Shown one piece after another: positions 17,274-28,831 of a stretch of DNA of 64,000 bases. Source of the stretch: Nitrospirota bacterium (GTDB taxonomy: Bacteria; Nitrospirota; Nitrospiria; Nitrospirales; Nitrospiraceae); contig JBDTSF010000178.1 of the NCBI GenBank assembly GCA_039931295.1, forward strand, positions 352 through 64,351, given 5' to 3'. The notes beneath the pieces were generated by a model. That model ran no database searches, was not told the DNA's origin, and was given only the letters and a program-made list of their open reading frames with translations. The position numbers were made by a program, and so were the translations under genes. Within the stretch, counting starts at the first letter, position 1. Every line of letters begins with the position of its first letter.

Positions 17274-19652
17274 TCAGCCGGCTTCGCGGTAACCACATTC
17301 TTCACTACGGCATTGGACGCTACGGCCAACTTGCTTGCTGACTTTCTCGATGAGAAACGGGGCGCTACAGGTCGGGCAGGCCTTGTTGATCGGACGGTCC
17401 CACATGGCATATTCACAGGCCGGATATTTGCTGCAGGCAAAAAATGCCCGCGCGCCCTTCTTGGTGCGCTTTTGAACAAGATCGCCACCGCAGCCTTGCT
17501 GTGGGCATTTCACACCCAGCGCAAGCGGCTTGGTCGTCTTACATTCCGGGTACGCAGAACAGGCAATGAACTTGCCAAATCGTCCGGTCTTCACCACCAT
17601 CGGACTGCTGCACTTCTCGCACTTCTCATCCGTCGTCAACTCAATCTTCGGGACTATTTTAATGGTGCCATCCTCAAGCTTCTCAAAATTCTGAGTATTC
17701 TTGCAGGGAGGCTTGTCCTTGTAGGCAGGGCAAGCGAGAAACTTTCCGTTCCGCCCCCATTTAACCTCCATCATCTTGCCGCACTTTTCACAGGGAAGAT
17801 CCGTCGGTGGCTCCACCGTATCCTTGGGGCCAGGAATGTTTTTGGCCTTCTCCAGATCCGTGATGAAGGTCCCGTAAAACTCCCGCACGGCCGTCACCCA
17901 CGGTTTATTGCCTTCTTCGACTGCGTCCAACTCCTCCTCCATGTGCGAGGTGAAATCGACATTGATCAGGTCCGGGAATCCTTTCATTAAAAAATCATTC
18001 ACAGTCTTCCCGGTTTCGGTGGGACCGAACCGCCCATCCGCCTTCTCGGCATATTTGCGATCCTGAATCGTCGAAATAATGCTCGCATAGGTGGATGGCC
18101 GACCGATGCCTTTTTCTTCCAACTCTTTGATCAGCAACGCTTCGTTATACCGGGGCGGCGGCTGGGTGAAATGTTGTTTCGAGAGTAAGCCCGGAACCGT
18201 CTGCCCCTCCAAAGACACAAGCTGTAACTTCTCTCCCTCGTTGAGCAGCGGCAACTGACGCTCCGCCTCCTCCTCAACCTCCTGCTCGCCTTTCTGCTTC
18301 TGCGCAAGCAACTCCTTATCGACTCCCTCCATATAGACGATCGTATGGCCGGGAAACTTCACGACGGTGCCGGTCGAGCGGAAGAGAAACTTCTCCTTCG
18401 TTTTGACGGGGCTCGAATCTACGCGAGTCACGTCGAAGATCGCAGGGACCATCTGTGAGGCAACAAATCGATTCCAGATCAACTGGTACAGCCGATAGAT
18501 ATCCGGCTCTAGGTACTGCTTGATCGATTCCGGGTCACGGGACGCCGACGTGGGGCGAATGGCTTCGTGTGCCTCTTGTGCCGCTTTCTGCGTTTTATAC
18601 AAGTTCGGCGTGGCGGGCAGATACTCGGCCCCGAACCGCTCCTGGATCACCTGACGCGCTTCGTTCATCGCCTCGGTCGAGATACGCGGAGAGTCGGTTC
18701 TCATGTAGGTGATGAGACCGGTCTGGCCTTCCGCCCCGATTTCGATGCCTTCATAGAGCTTCTGCGCCAACGTCATCGTTTTCTTCGACGAGAAATGCAG
18801 CTTACGCGCCGCTTCCTGTTGGAGCCGGCTGGTGATGAAGGGTGCGACGGGATTCCGTTTCTTTTCTTTTCGCTCAATCGAATCGACGACGAACTCTTTC
18901 CCTTGGATGGCATCGACGACGCGCTGCGCATCGGTCGCGGTCTCTATCGATACATCCTGTCCATTGATCTTCTGCAGCTTGGCTTCGAACGACGGAGGGT
19001 TGATCCCGGACAACAGCACAGCAATCGACCAGTACTCTTCCGCCCGAAACGCTTCTCGTTCCTGTTCCCGTTCGCAAATCAATCGCATCGCCACGGACTG
19101 AACCCGACCCATGCTGAGTCCGCGCCGTACCTTGGTCCAGAGTAATTGGCTGCCTTGATAACCGACAATCCGATCCAGCACCCGGCGGGCCTGCTGCGCG
19201 TTCACCAGTTTCATATCGACCTGCCCGGGTGACTGCAGTGCGCGCTTAATGGCCGATTCCGTGATTTCATTAAACAGAACCCGGAACACCTTGCCCTCTG
19301 GTTGATCCTTCGATTTCGACTTGGATTTGGACTTCGATTTTGTTTTTGGCTTCTCGATCAATTCCTGTTCGAGATGCCAGGCGATGGCTTCGCCTTCTCG
19401 ATCGGGGTCCGACGCAAGATACACCCTGTCGGCCTCTTCCGCCTTTTTTTTAATATCCGCCAAGACCTTCGATTTCCCCTTGATCGTCACATACTGGGGC
19501 TCGAAATCGTGTTCCAGGTCCACCCCAAGCTTGCTGGTGGGAAGATCCTTAATATGTCCGACCGAGGCCATGACGGTATACCCACGCCCCAGATACTTAC
19601 TGATGGTGCGTGCTTTCGTCGGGGACTCGACAATGATGAGTGACTTGGCCAT
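17274..19652 (-). CDS. topA: DNA topoisomerase I
   Basis: 792 aa with a Toprim N-terminus (LIIVESPTKA), TYMRTDS active-site region and four C-terminal Cys4 zinc ribbons. Confidence 0.95.
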   Translation of the reverse strand: MAKSLIIVESPTKARTISKYLGRGYTVMASVGHIKDLPTSKLGVDLEHDFEPQYVTIKGKSKVLADIKKKAEEADRVYLASDPDREGEAIAWHLEQELIEKPKTKSKSKSKSKSKDQPEGKVFRVLFNEITESAIKRALQSPGQVDMKLVNAQQARRVLDRIVGYQGSQLLWTKVRRGLSMGRVQSVAMRLICEREQEREAFRAEEYWSIAVLLSGINPPSFEAKLQKINGQDVSIETATDAQRVVDAIQGKEFVVDSIERKEKKRNPVAPFITSRLQQEAARKLHFSSKKTMTLAQKLYEGIEIGAEGQTGLITYMRTDSPRISTEAMNEARQVIQERFGAEYLPATPNLYKTQKAAQEAHEAIRPTSASRDPESIKQYLEPDIYRLYQLIWNRFVASQMVPAIFDVTRVDSSPVKTKEKFLFRSTGTVVKFPGHTIVYMEGVDKELLAQKQKGEQEVEEEAERQLPLLNEGEKLQLVSLEGQTVPGLLSKQHFTQPPPRYNEALLIKELEEKGIGRPSTYASIISTIQDRKYAEKADGRFGPTETGKTVNDFLMKGFPDLINVDFTSHMEEELDAVEEGNKPWVTAVREFYGTFITDLEKAKNIPGPKDTVEPPTDLPCEKCGKMMEVKWGRNGKFLACPAYKDKPPCKNTQNFEKLEDGTIKIVPKIELTTDEKCEKCSSPMVVKTGRFGKFIACSAYPECKTTKPLALGVKCPQQGCGGDLVQKRTKKGARAFFACSKYPACEYAMWDRPINKACPTCSAPFLIEKVSKQVGRSVQCRSEECGYREAG

Positions 19653-19727
19653 GAAGACTCCGATTCGCTACGAGGGTGTCCCTCTCATCCGTACCAAATA
19701 ATTCACATCCGTGCAACTGTTCGATAA

Positions 19728-20891
19728 TTATGTTCGAAGATACCGCTGTCCCGGCAGCTGTGTAACTTGCTGTCGAAGCTCCAGGGACAAGAGCGATCCC
19801 ATCACGATAGATACGGATAATCGTGTAGAGGCAACCACATCATCCACAGTACTGGGGTCATACGACAAGGCATCATACACCAGCTGTTCTTCTTGACCTA
19901 AAGGATCACCGGATACCTTCTTCTCACAAGAAGGCTGCACGCGTACTCGCAGCGCCGGCTCCAACTGCGGCAACAACACGTCGATGACATCCTGTGCGCG
20001 TTCGATCAACGCCGCCCCCTCTTTGAGTAAAGCGTTCGTTCCACGACTGGTATCTTGCTTCACAAAGCCAGGAACGGCGAACACTTCTCGGCCTTGTTCA
20101 GCGGCCAGTCTTGCAGTAATTAACGATCCGCTGCCGACAGCCGCCTCCGTCACAATCACCCCCAGGGACAATCCGCTGATGATGCGATTTCGCCGAGGGA
20201 AATGATGGCTGTGAGGGGCCACACCCATCGCCACCTCAGAGACAATTGCGCCCCGCTCCTCAATCTGCCGACGTAACCGCTCATGTTCCGGTGGATACGT
20301 TCGATCGATCCCGCATCCCAGCACCGCAATGGTGCGCCCACCGGCGGCAAGCGCACCTCGATGGGCTGCCGCATCAATTCCACGCGCCAGCCCGCTCACC
20401 ACCGTCATGCCTGCATCTGCCAAGTCGTGGCTCAGCTCTTCGGTTACGGCACGTCCAGCTGCCGTCGCACGCCGTGCACCCACGATGGCCACCGCCAGCT
20501 CATCCTGCTCAGTCAATGTGCCTGTGATGTATAAGAGTGGAGGAGGGTCCGCAATCATGTTCAGCCGCGCAGGATACCGAGAATCCAACACGCTCCGGAC
20601 TTCAACGTGTTCACGCTCGATCGCCTCGATCTCACGTTCGATACTTCTGCTGGAGGAACGATCAGGCCCGCGCCGTATCGCATCTGCTAATAGCGGGCTA
20701 CATCCACTCTGAATCAACTCGTCGCGGGAAGCACGCAGGACAGCGTCGGGAGAGCGCCAGGCGCGGACTAACCGAACTATCGTCAGGTCTCCCACTCCAT
20801 CGATCGCCCTCAGGCGGAGCCAAGGCTCTAACATCAGTCTTGTCATGAGCTGACCGGAAGGCGTACCCGAACCCTTAGGAGAGAAATCCAC
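19728..20891 (-). CDS. dprA: DNA-processing protein DprA (Smf)
   Basis: GLARGIDAAAHRGAL and the Rossmann-like DprA core, with a C-terminal winged-helix tail. The start is uncertain (GTG 20891 or ATG 20846). Confidence 0.85.
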   Translation of the reverse strand: MDFSPKGSGTPSGQLMTRLMLEPWLRLRAIDGVGDLTIVRLVRAWRSPDAVLRASRDELIQSGCSPLLADAIRRGPDRSSSRSIEREIEAIEREHVEVRSVLDSRYPARLNMIADPPPLLYITGTLTEQDELAVAIVGARRATAAGRAVTEELSHDLADAGMTVVSGLARGIDAAAHRGALAAGGRTIAVLGCGIDRTYPPEHERLRRQIEERGAIVSEVAMGVAPHSHHFPRRNRIISGLSLGVIVTEAAVGSGSLITARLAAEQGREVFAVPGFVKQDTSRGTNALLKEGAALIERAQDVIDVLLPQLEPALRVRVQPSCEKKVSGDPLGQEEQLVYDALSYDPSTVDDVVASTRLSVSIVMGSLLSLELRQQVTQLPGQRYLRT

Positions 20892-20949
20892 ACCCGCAGT
20901 CTGGTTACAAGAAGATTGTGTGAGGCTTGCAGCACGAGAGCCACAATCT

Positions 20950-22470
20950 TTAGAGAACCGCGAGATCGTACTGTTCCAGGTGCAAGTGTTCGTCCGGCAT
21001 CACAATAATTTTCGCCACACACTCACGCTCCACAGCCTCAAGCCCCTGCCGTTCTTCATCTTGCAACAACCCGACGACTGAAGGGTGAGCGCCGATGACG
21101 ATCCGCTGAGGCTCAGGGCTGCTGCCGATCCGACGCACATCGCGGAATATCTCATAGGCGACCGTGGTCGGAGACTTCGTATAGCCTCGTCCCTCACAAT
21201 AGTGGCAGGGCTCAGAGAGCGAGCGGAGGAGGTCCTCTCTCACCCGTTCACGAGAGATCTCGATCAATCCCAAATCTGAGATTCGAGACACTCGGGTGCG
21301 GGCCTTGTCGGTCGACATCGCATCGAGCAACGCGTGGTACACTTTGTCACGATTTTTCTCTCGTTCCATGTCGATAAAATCGACGATAATGATGCCGCCG
21401 ATCCCGCGCAACTTCATCTGATACGCTACTTCTTTTGCCGCCTCAAGATTGTTTCGAAGAATGGTTTCTTCCTGATCGCGCTTCCCCACGAACCGTCCGG
21501 TATTGACGTCGATAACGGTCATCGCTTCTGTATGATCGATCACAAGATGCCCGCCTGACTTCAGCCAGACTTTGCGGCTGAGAGCCCGCGCCATCTCCTG
21601 CTCCACGCCTAGATGATCGAAGAGACTTTCATCTTTGTCGTACAAATGAATGCGTGACGTTTGCTCCGGCGAGAATCGCTGCACGAAGTCGCGAACCGCC
21701 TGGTACTCCTCACGCGAATCGATCCATAATCGATCGACTTTCTTCCCGAAAAGATCCCTCACAACGCGAAAACTCAGACTCAGATCGGCATGAAGCAAGG
21801 CCGGCGAGCCTTTCTGCTCACGTTTCGCCAGAATGTCCTGCCAAAGCACGTGCAAAAAGTCGACATCGGAACGCAACTCGTCTTCTTTGACCCCTTCACT
21901 CACTGTGCGGACAATGTATCCGCAACCAGGTTGCCGCACGCGCTTCATAATGTCCTTCAGTCGAGCCCGCTCCTCATCTCGGGCAATCCGGCGTGATACA
22001 CCGATATGTTCCACGTTGGGCATAAACACGAGATACCGGCCTGGGAGCGAAACATAGGTTGTCACCCGTGAGCCTTTTGTGCCGATCGGCCCCTTGGAAA
22101 TCTGCACCATCAGCTCTTGCCCTTCGCTTAGCAGCTGCTCGATCGGCTTGGAGCTTTGGCGCCGAGGACCCAGCATATCCCCGTCTTTGTCGGCATCCTT
22201 GTCTTCCTCATCCGCATCGACGAGGGTGTCGCCCGGCTCGGAATCCAGGGACAGATCTGACACGTGCATGAACGCCGCCTTCGCGAGACCGATATCGACA
22301 AATGCCGCCTGCATGCCGGGCAGCACTTTCGCCACTTTTCCTTTGTAAATGTTGCCAACGAAGTCCTTGTGTTTCGCACGGTCTCCAAAGAGGTCCGTGA
22401 CGACTCCGCCATCCAATACCGCAACGCGAGTTTCCTCGCGTGCAACTGTAATCGCAATTTCTAGTCCCAT
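20950..22470 (-). CDS. rng: Ribonuclease G (Rne/Rng family)
   Basis: S1 domain GNIYKGKVAKVLPGMQAAFVDIG and the RNase E/G catalytic core. ATG at 22470 is preceded by GGAAGGAG; the 153-codon upstream extension in the ORF track overlaps rodA and is rejected. Confidence 0.85.
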   Translation of the reverse strand: MGLEIAITVAREETRVAVLDGGVVTDLFGDRAKHKDFVGNIYKGKVAKVLPGMQAAFVDIGLAKAAFMHVSDLSLDSEPGDTLVDADEEDKDADKDGDMLGPRRQSSKPIEQLLSEGQELMVQISKGPIGTKGSRVTTYVSLPGRYLVFMPNVEHIGVSRRIARDEERARLKDIMKRVRQPGCGYIVRTVSEGVKEDELRSDVDFLHVLWQDILAKREQKGSPALLHADLSLSFRVVRDLFGKKVDRLWIDSREEYQAVRDFVQRFSPEQTSRIHLYDKDESLFDHLGVEQEMARALSRKVWLKSGGHLVIDHTEAMTVIDVNTGRFVGKRDQEETILRNNLEAAKEVAYQMKLRGIGGIIIVDFIDMEREKNRDKVYHALLDAMSTDKARTRVSRISDLGLIEISRERVREDLLRSLSEPCHYCEGRGYTKSPTTVAYEIFRDVRRIGSSPEPQRIVIGAHPSVVGLLQDEERQGLEAVERECVAKIIVMPDEHLHLEQYDLAVL

Positions 22471-22637
22471 ACCGACTCCTTCCATTCCGTAGAATCGTCG
22501 CGTCGACATGCGGGAGGAACGCGGGGAATCCCCAGGTTCGGCCTCCATTCGCCGACGCGCTGACTCAACGGTTCGCACCCAACATATAGCGGCTTGCTTC
22601 GATCTCGACCTATTCGAAACCGTGCAATCATCTGTCC

Positions 22638-23753
22638 CTAAAAGAAACTTAATCGACGGCGTTTGACATTCAACAACAGGCCCAACGATGCCATCGTCAT
22701 AATCGTCGCACTCCCGCCGTAACTCATCAGCGGGAGAGGAATGCCGACGATGGGAAACATGCCCGCCGTCATGCCGATATTGATCACCACGCAAAAACAC
22801 AGCATGCAGAGAATGCCGACCGCCAACAGTGCCCCGAGCTGATCCTTCGCGCGAGCCACAACTTCGAGCGACAGCCAGATCAACCCGACGAACAACAATA
22901 GAAGTACCAGCACTCCGAGAAATCCCCACTCTTCTGCAAACACTGAAAAGACAAAGTCGGTATGCCCCTCAGGCAAAAACTTCAATTGGCTTTGTGTTCC
23001 TCCGTAGAGCCCCTTCCCTGTCAACTCTCCTGCACCAATGGCAATCCGCGATTGGAGCGCATGATATCCCTTGCCGCCTGGATCATACACCGGGTCGACA
23101 AACGTCATAATGCGCTGACGCTGATAATCATGCAATGACCCCCACATGATTTCCCAGGCGAAGGGAAACAGCATCAATGAAAATAAAAGGATGACCCCCA
23201 CCGCCTTCGACCGCATGCCCACCATCAGCAGCATCGCGGCATAAATCGCCAGGAAGCTCAATCCACTCCCAAGATCCGGCTGCTTCAGGATGAGAAGCAG
23301 CCCCGGCAACACCAAGAGTCCCGGAAGCACCACTCGTTGGAGCCAGCCCACCCGCGGCGCCTGTGAATAGTAGTGCGCCAAGGTCAAAATGAGGACCAGC
23401 TTTGCGAATTCCGAAGGCTGGAAGGCAAAGGGACCCATCGGAATCCAGCGTTGCGCTCCACGGCTACTCCTGCCTTCAAACAACACGACAGTCAATAGGA
23501 TTAAGATAATCGCATAGGCAGGATACGCTAACCGCGCAATCCGATGATAGTCCGAGAGCCACATGACAAGAAACGCGACCGTACCAAGCAGAATCCACAC
23601 AACCTGTTTGGCATAAAACGGGAACGCAACCCCTTGGTCGTGCGTCACACTGTAAATCGACAGGACACCAATCCCCAGAATGGCAAAGATCAGCCCGATA
23701 AAGCGAACATCGAAATTGTCGAAGCCGCGGCTCATATATCCCCGGTCGATCAT
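22638..23753 (-). CDS. rodA: Rod shape-determining protein RodA (SEDS family)
   Basis: 371 aa polytopic FtsW/RodA/SpoVE pattern. 4-nt overlap with mrdA. Confidence 0.9.
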   Translation of the reverse strand: MIDRGYMSRGFDNFDVRFIGLIFAILGIGVLSIYSVTHDQGVAFPFYAKQVVWILLGTVAFLVMWLSDYHRIARLAYPAYAIILILLTVVLFEGRSSRGAQRWIPMGPFAFQPSEFAKLVLILTLAHYYSQAPRVGWLQRVVLPGLLVLPGLLLILKQPDLGSGLSFLAIYAAMLLMVGMRSKAVGVILLFSLMLFPFAWEIMWGSLHDYQRQRIMTFVDPVYDPGGKGYHALQSRIAIGAGELTGKGLYGGTQSQLKFLPEGHTDFVFSVFAEEWGFLGVLVLLLLFVGLIWLSLEVVARAKDQLGALLAVGILCMLCFCVVINIGMTAGMFPIVGIPLPLMSYGGSATIMTMASLGLLLNVKRRRLSFF

Positions 23754-25624
23754 CGTGTTCCCTGGCCTCCGGCATCCCCTACCCGCACGACGGCGCCATC
23801 TTTTACGTGAGAGGGCGCGTCAAGATTTAACTTCACATAGGTCTCGATCAGCTCCTTGGCGAGAGGCGCCGAGGCAGAACCTCCATGGCCCATATGCTCA
23901 CCCAACACTGCAACGGCGATGGTAGGCGCTTCAACTGGAGCGAAGGCAACAAACCACGCGTGATCACGAAATTTCTTCGGGATGTCTTTCTCCGGACCGG
24001 TTCGTAACGCCGTCATCTGGGCCGTGCCAGTCTTCCCGGCAATCGTCACCAGCGCCGACTGCGCCTTGGTGGCCGTCCCCTCTTTAACGACTCCCGCCAG
24101 CGCCTCTTTAATCACCGGCAAGATTCCAGGCCTCAGATTCAACGTCCGCTTGAGCACCGCAGGCCGACGTTGGAGTTCCCCCGTCGCTCGATCCATCACA
24201 GCTTGGACCAAGCGCGGACGAAACATGGCGCCGTCGTTTGCAACGGTCCCGATCAAACTCGCCATCTGCAACGGAGTGACACTCACGTAGCCCTGTCCGA
24301 TCGATGCCGAAATCGTTTCGCCAGGCAACCAGGGCTCATTCTTGGCCTTCCTTTTCCATGCCTCGGAAGGCACAATCCCAATCCGTTCAGACGGCAACTC
24401 AATCCCTGTCTCTTCTCCCAACCCAAACTGATGGGCGAAGGAAGCCATGGTCTCAATCCCCATCCGCTGACCAACCGTATAGAAATACACGTCGCACGAT
24501 TGCACAAGCGCGTGCCGGAGATCCACCGAACCATGCCCCCCAGCTTTCCAGTCATGATACAGACGGCGGCCGAACTGATACCCTCCATTGCAGAAAATGG
24601 TTGTCGAAGGGGTCACCGTTTTGGTTTCTAACGCTGCAGCGGCCATCATCACTTTGTAGACCGAACCGGGTGGGTACTGCCCTTGCGAGGCTCGATTATT
24701 TAAGGGACGCCCCTCGTCTTGCACGATCTCAGCCCATTGCTTCGGTGTGAGCTCCCGCGAGAGGACATTCGGGTCGAAACCCGGACGGCTCGCCATCGCC
24801 AGCACATCACCGGTTCTCGGATCCAGTGCGACAATCGCGCCCGATTCTTCTCCCAACAGATTTTCGGCCACTTTCTGCAACCGCACATCAATCGTGAGAT
24901 ACAAATTGTCTCCGGCATGGGGCTGCTCCACTACCACGGTTCGTTTCTCATGACCGATGGCATCGACTTCTATGCTTTTTTGCCCGGCTTGACCGCGCAT
25001 AAGCCGATCGAAAAACTTCTCCACACCATATTGTCCAACGACGCTCCCTTGGTGCAGCTCGGAAAATTCCGGTTTCTCCAATTGCTCAGGCGAGACTTCC
25101 CCGACATAGCCCAGGAGATGTGACGCCGTCGTTCCGCCAGGATAGTTCCTTTGCGATTCGACTTGCACCATGACCCCGGGCAAATCCAGACGGTGAGACT
25201 CGATTAATGTCGCTTCTCGCAGGGTTAAGCGATCTTTCACTTTACGCGGCAGTTGTTTACTGCCGCGAGCCGCCAGTTTCTTCCTGATGAGCGCCTCATC
25301 GAGCCCCAGGAGGTTGGTGAGCTGACGAATGAGCCCCTCACGATCTGTCACGTCTTCAAGCGAAACATAGAGCGTGAAGCTGGGGACATTATTCGCCAAC
25401 AATACCCCGTTGCGATCGTAAATGAGCCCTCGAGCCGGCTCCATGATGACCGAGCGTGTTCGATTGTTCGCCGAGAGATCGCGGTAGTAGGGCCCCTCTC
25501 GAATCTGCAAGTTCCAAAGCTGCAGTCCGAGTAACGCCACGACCAGCAACAAGCCGACGCGGAGAATGATCAGTCGGCGTTGGAGTTCCCCGAGTTCAGA
25601 ATCGTGCAGACCAGCTGTTGCCAT
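23750..25624 (-). CDS. mrdA: Penicillin-binding protein 2 (elongasome transpeptidase)
   Basis: 624 aa with a PBP dimerisation domain plus a transpeptidase domain (SVYK, SCD, KTGT motifs). Confidence 0.9.
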   Translation of the reverse strand: MATAGLHDSELGELQRRLIILRVGLLLVVALLGLQLWNLQIREGPYYRDLSANNRTRSVIMEPARGLIYDRNGVLLANNVPSFTLYVSLEDVTDREGLIRQLTNLLGLDEALIRKKLAARGSKQLPRKVKDRLTLREATLIESHRLDLPGVMVQVESQRNYPGGTTASHLLGYVGEVSPEQLEKPEFSELHQGSVVGQYGVEKFFDRLMRGQAGQKSIEVDAIGHEKRTVVVEQPHAGDNLYLTIDVRLQKVAENLLGEESGAIVALDPRTGDVLAMASRPGFDPNVLSRELTPKQWAEIVQDEGRPLNNRASQGQYPPGSVYKVMMAAAALETKTVTPSTTIFCNGGYQFGRRLYHDWKAGGHGSVDLRHALVQSCDVYFYTVGQRMGIETMASFAHQFGLGEETGIELPSERIGIVPSEAWKRKAKNEPWLPGETISASIGQGYVSVTPLQMASLIGTVANDGAMFRPRLVQAVMDRATGELQRRPAVLKRTLNLRPGILPVIKEALAGVVKEGTATKAQSALVTIAGKTGTAQMTALRTGPEKDIPKKFRDHAWFVAFAPVEAPTIAVAVLGEHMGHGGSASAPLAKELIETYVKLNLDAPSHVKDGAVVRVGDAGGQGTR

Positions 25625-25653
25625 GCGTCACAAGTCGCATTCTTCCACGCCCA

Positions 25654-26163
25654 TTAAAAGAGACCGTCCGTCCGGTCGGTCCTCAGGCGGGTGAGATCAA
25701 ACCGTCGAGAGAGTAACCAATAAAATCCCGCCCCCGCCGCCCCGTCAAAACACGCCTGCGGAACGACAATCGACTCGACCATCCACCACATCTGAGAGAT
25801 GTCGAGACCTTTGAAATTTATCGCAGCAAGTAGCCCGCTCACTAACGATACCAGCAACAGCATTCCTCCCAGCGAGTACGACGTCACTTGCGACACCTGC
25901 CGCCCCAGGAATCCTGCCAAGAGACCAACCCCTCCATTTGTAAGCAGGCTCAACCATAGTTCGCCGGCTGAAAATAGATTGAGAACCCATCCGATCGTGA
26001 GTCCTATGAGAAGACCTTCCAACTCCCCGGCGAAAAGCCCGATGAGCGCGGCGGCCACAAGCCCCAAATCTGGTTTGATACTCCACACGCTCAAATGTGG
26101 CAATAGCGTCGTCTGCAGCGGGACGAGTAGCAGCACGAGAATAAGGTAGAAGAAGAATTTCAT
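25654..26163 (-). CDS. mreD: Rod shape-determining protein MreD
   Basis: 169-aa polytopic membrane protein between mreC and mrdA. Confidence 0.75.
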   Translation of the reverse strand: MKFFFYLILVLLLVPLQTTLLPHLSVWSIKPDLGLVAAALIGLFAGELEGLLIGLTIGWVLNLFSAGELWLSLLTNGGVGLLAGFLGRQVSQVTSYSLGGMLLLVSLVSGLLAAINFKGLDISQMWWMVESIVVPQACFDGAAGAGFYWLLSRRFDLTRLRTDRTDGLF

Positions 26164-27041
26164 GGCAAGGGCTTCTCAAGCAGATCTGCGCCCGACCCTG
26201 CCTTCGACGACTGCCCGTACGATGTCTGAATCACCAACACCTCCTCCACACGGCTGACGTCGACTTCCGGCATGAGCTCGGCGGACTGGAAGAGGGCGCC
26301 TTCCTGTTTGTCGATGTGGGTAATCGTCCCGATCATCAATCCTCGAGGAAAATCTCCGATGAGGCCTGAGGTCACGACCCGATCGCCATCCCGAAGCGTC
26401 GACAACAGCGGGATATACTTCAGCTGGGCCAGCCCTTGTTGAGTCCCCTCCACAATGCCTTCATCTCTCGTCCGCTGAATAAGCCCAGCGATGGCGTTGT
26501 TTGGATCAGTCACCAAGAGCACCACCGAAGACACCCCCGTCGTTTTCACCACCCGCCCAACAACACCGGCAGGGGTGACGACTCCCATGTCCGACTTGAT
26601 CCCATCGCTTTCGCCCTTATTGAGGATAATGGTGCGATACCGATTCGTGGCATCACGCCCAATGACTTGCGCAGCGACCATCGTGGGAAGGGCCTGTTCT
26701 TTAAAACGCAACAACGCCGTCAATCGCTCTGTCGCAGCAGCCGACTCTCGCAACCGGCTATGTTGCCCGCGTAGCCATTCGTTTTCTTTCCGCAGTTGTT
26801 GGTTCTCTTCTCGAACCCCTTGCAACGCCACGTACTGCTCCCAGCGATCCGCAATGCCGGTATCGATGGACGCAATGGCTTCGAGTGGGACACTCACGGC
26901 GTATCCGACCGGCCCACCCAGATACTGTGAAAGTCCTTGGATTTGATTGGGGAACAGGAAGAGAGCCACCAACAACAGGGCAAAGCAAACAAGCGCAATA
27001 CGTCTGGTACCGTAGGGAGAACTAGAATGAGCCATCCACAT
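26160..27041 (-). CDS. mreC: Rod shape-determining protein MreC
   Basis: N-terminal TM segment, coiled coil (ENQQLRKENEWLR) and beta-barrel domains. Position in the mreBCD cluster. Confidence 0.85.
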   Translation of the reverse strand: MWMAHSSSPYGTRRIALVCFALLLVALFLFPNQIQGLSQYLGGPVGYAVSVPLEAIASIDTGIADRWEQYVALQGVREENQQLRKENEWLRGQHSRLRESAAATERLTALLRFKEQALPTMVAAQVIGRDATNRYRTIILNKGESDGIKSDMGVVTPAGVVGRVVKTTGVSSVVLLVTDPNNAIAGLIQRTRDEGIVEGTQQGLAQLKYIPLLSTLRDGDRVVTSGLIGDFPRGLMIGTITHIDKQEGALFQSAELMPEVDVSRVEEVLVIQTSYGQSSKAGSGADLLEKPLP

Positions 27042-27062
27042 AAGGGAGTTCGGGATGGAACC

Positions 27063-28130
<1,068 letters not shown>

Positions 28131-28150
28131 TCACCACTACGGTAGCGCGC

Positions 28151-28609
28151 TCAGTCAGGCGATAGCAGCCGCCCAACGTCCAAGACCTGGGTACCGGCTA
28201 CCTCATCACCAAACCGCCGCCCCTGCTCGTTTCCAACAATCAATACCGCTTCGAATGCAATAATTGCTATCGAAATAAGCCATCCCACATAGGGAATAGC
28301 GAATGCCACCTGCGCCACCGCAAAGGGAAGATTGCGGATAATGGATTCCCGAAAGCCTGCCGCCTCACGCTGATCTGGAAGCACGGTCTGAAGACCAATT
28401 AACCGTTTACCGATACTGCGCCCGCCGGAAAATCCATCAGCGATCAGTATATACGCCAATCCTCCAAAAAAACCTACCGGCACGAGCATTTGACCAGCTG
28501 CCGCGACAATAAACAAATCGATCAGTCGGGCGATTCCACGGTTCAACATCTGCGCCTTGGGATACACCCCGGCGCTGATTGACTGAACCCCTCTGACCTC
28601 CTCTGTCAA
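28151..28609 (-). CDS. RDD family membrane protein
   Basis: 152 aa. N-terminal RGIARLIDLFIV and a three-TM layout typical of the RDD domain. Confidence 0.6.
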   Translation of the reverse strand: MTEEVRGVQSISAGVYPKAQMLNRGIARLIDLFIVAAAGQMLVPVGFFGGLAYILIADGFSGGRSIGKRLIGLQTVLPDQREAAGFRESIIRNLPFAVAQVAFAIPYVGWLISIAIIAFEAVLIVGNEQGRRFGDEVAGTQVLDVGRLLSPD

Positions 28610-28831
28610 GGGATCTCCTTACAATTAGAGGCAAAGTATAACAAATCGAACTACCTAGCACAAACAAAGAGCGTTTCTTCTGCAGATCAGACATTGTACG
28701 CAATCTTCCTTGTCAAGATGAGCGAAAACTCTACTCGATCGTGAGATGGTCGTGTATGGCGCGGTCGTCTCTTGCCTTTGTGCAGCTCCCCTGAGTAGAA
28801 TCCACATAGGCGAACATTTCCAGAGGTTGTC

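Noticed and set aside
22471-22929. 153-codon N-terminal extension of the RNase G ORF
   Set aside because: It overlaps the 3' part of rodA. The internal ATG at 22470 has a GGAAGGAG SD and gives a normal-length RNase G.
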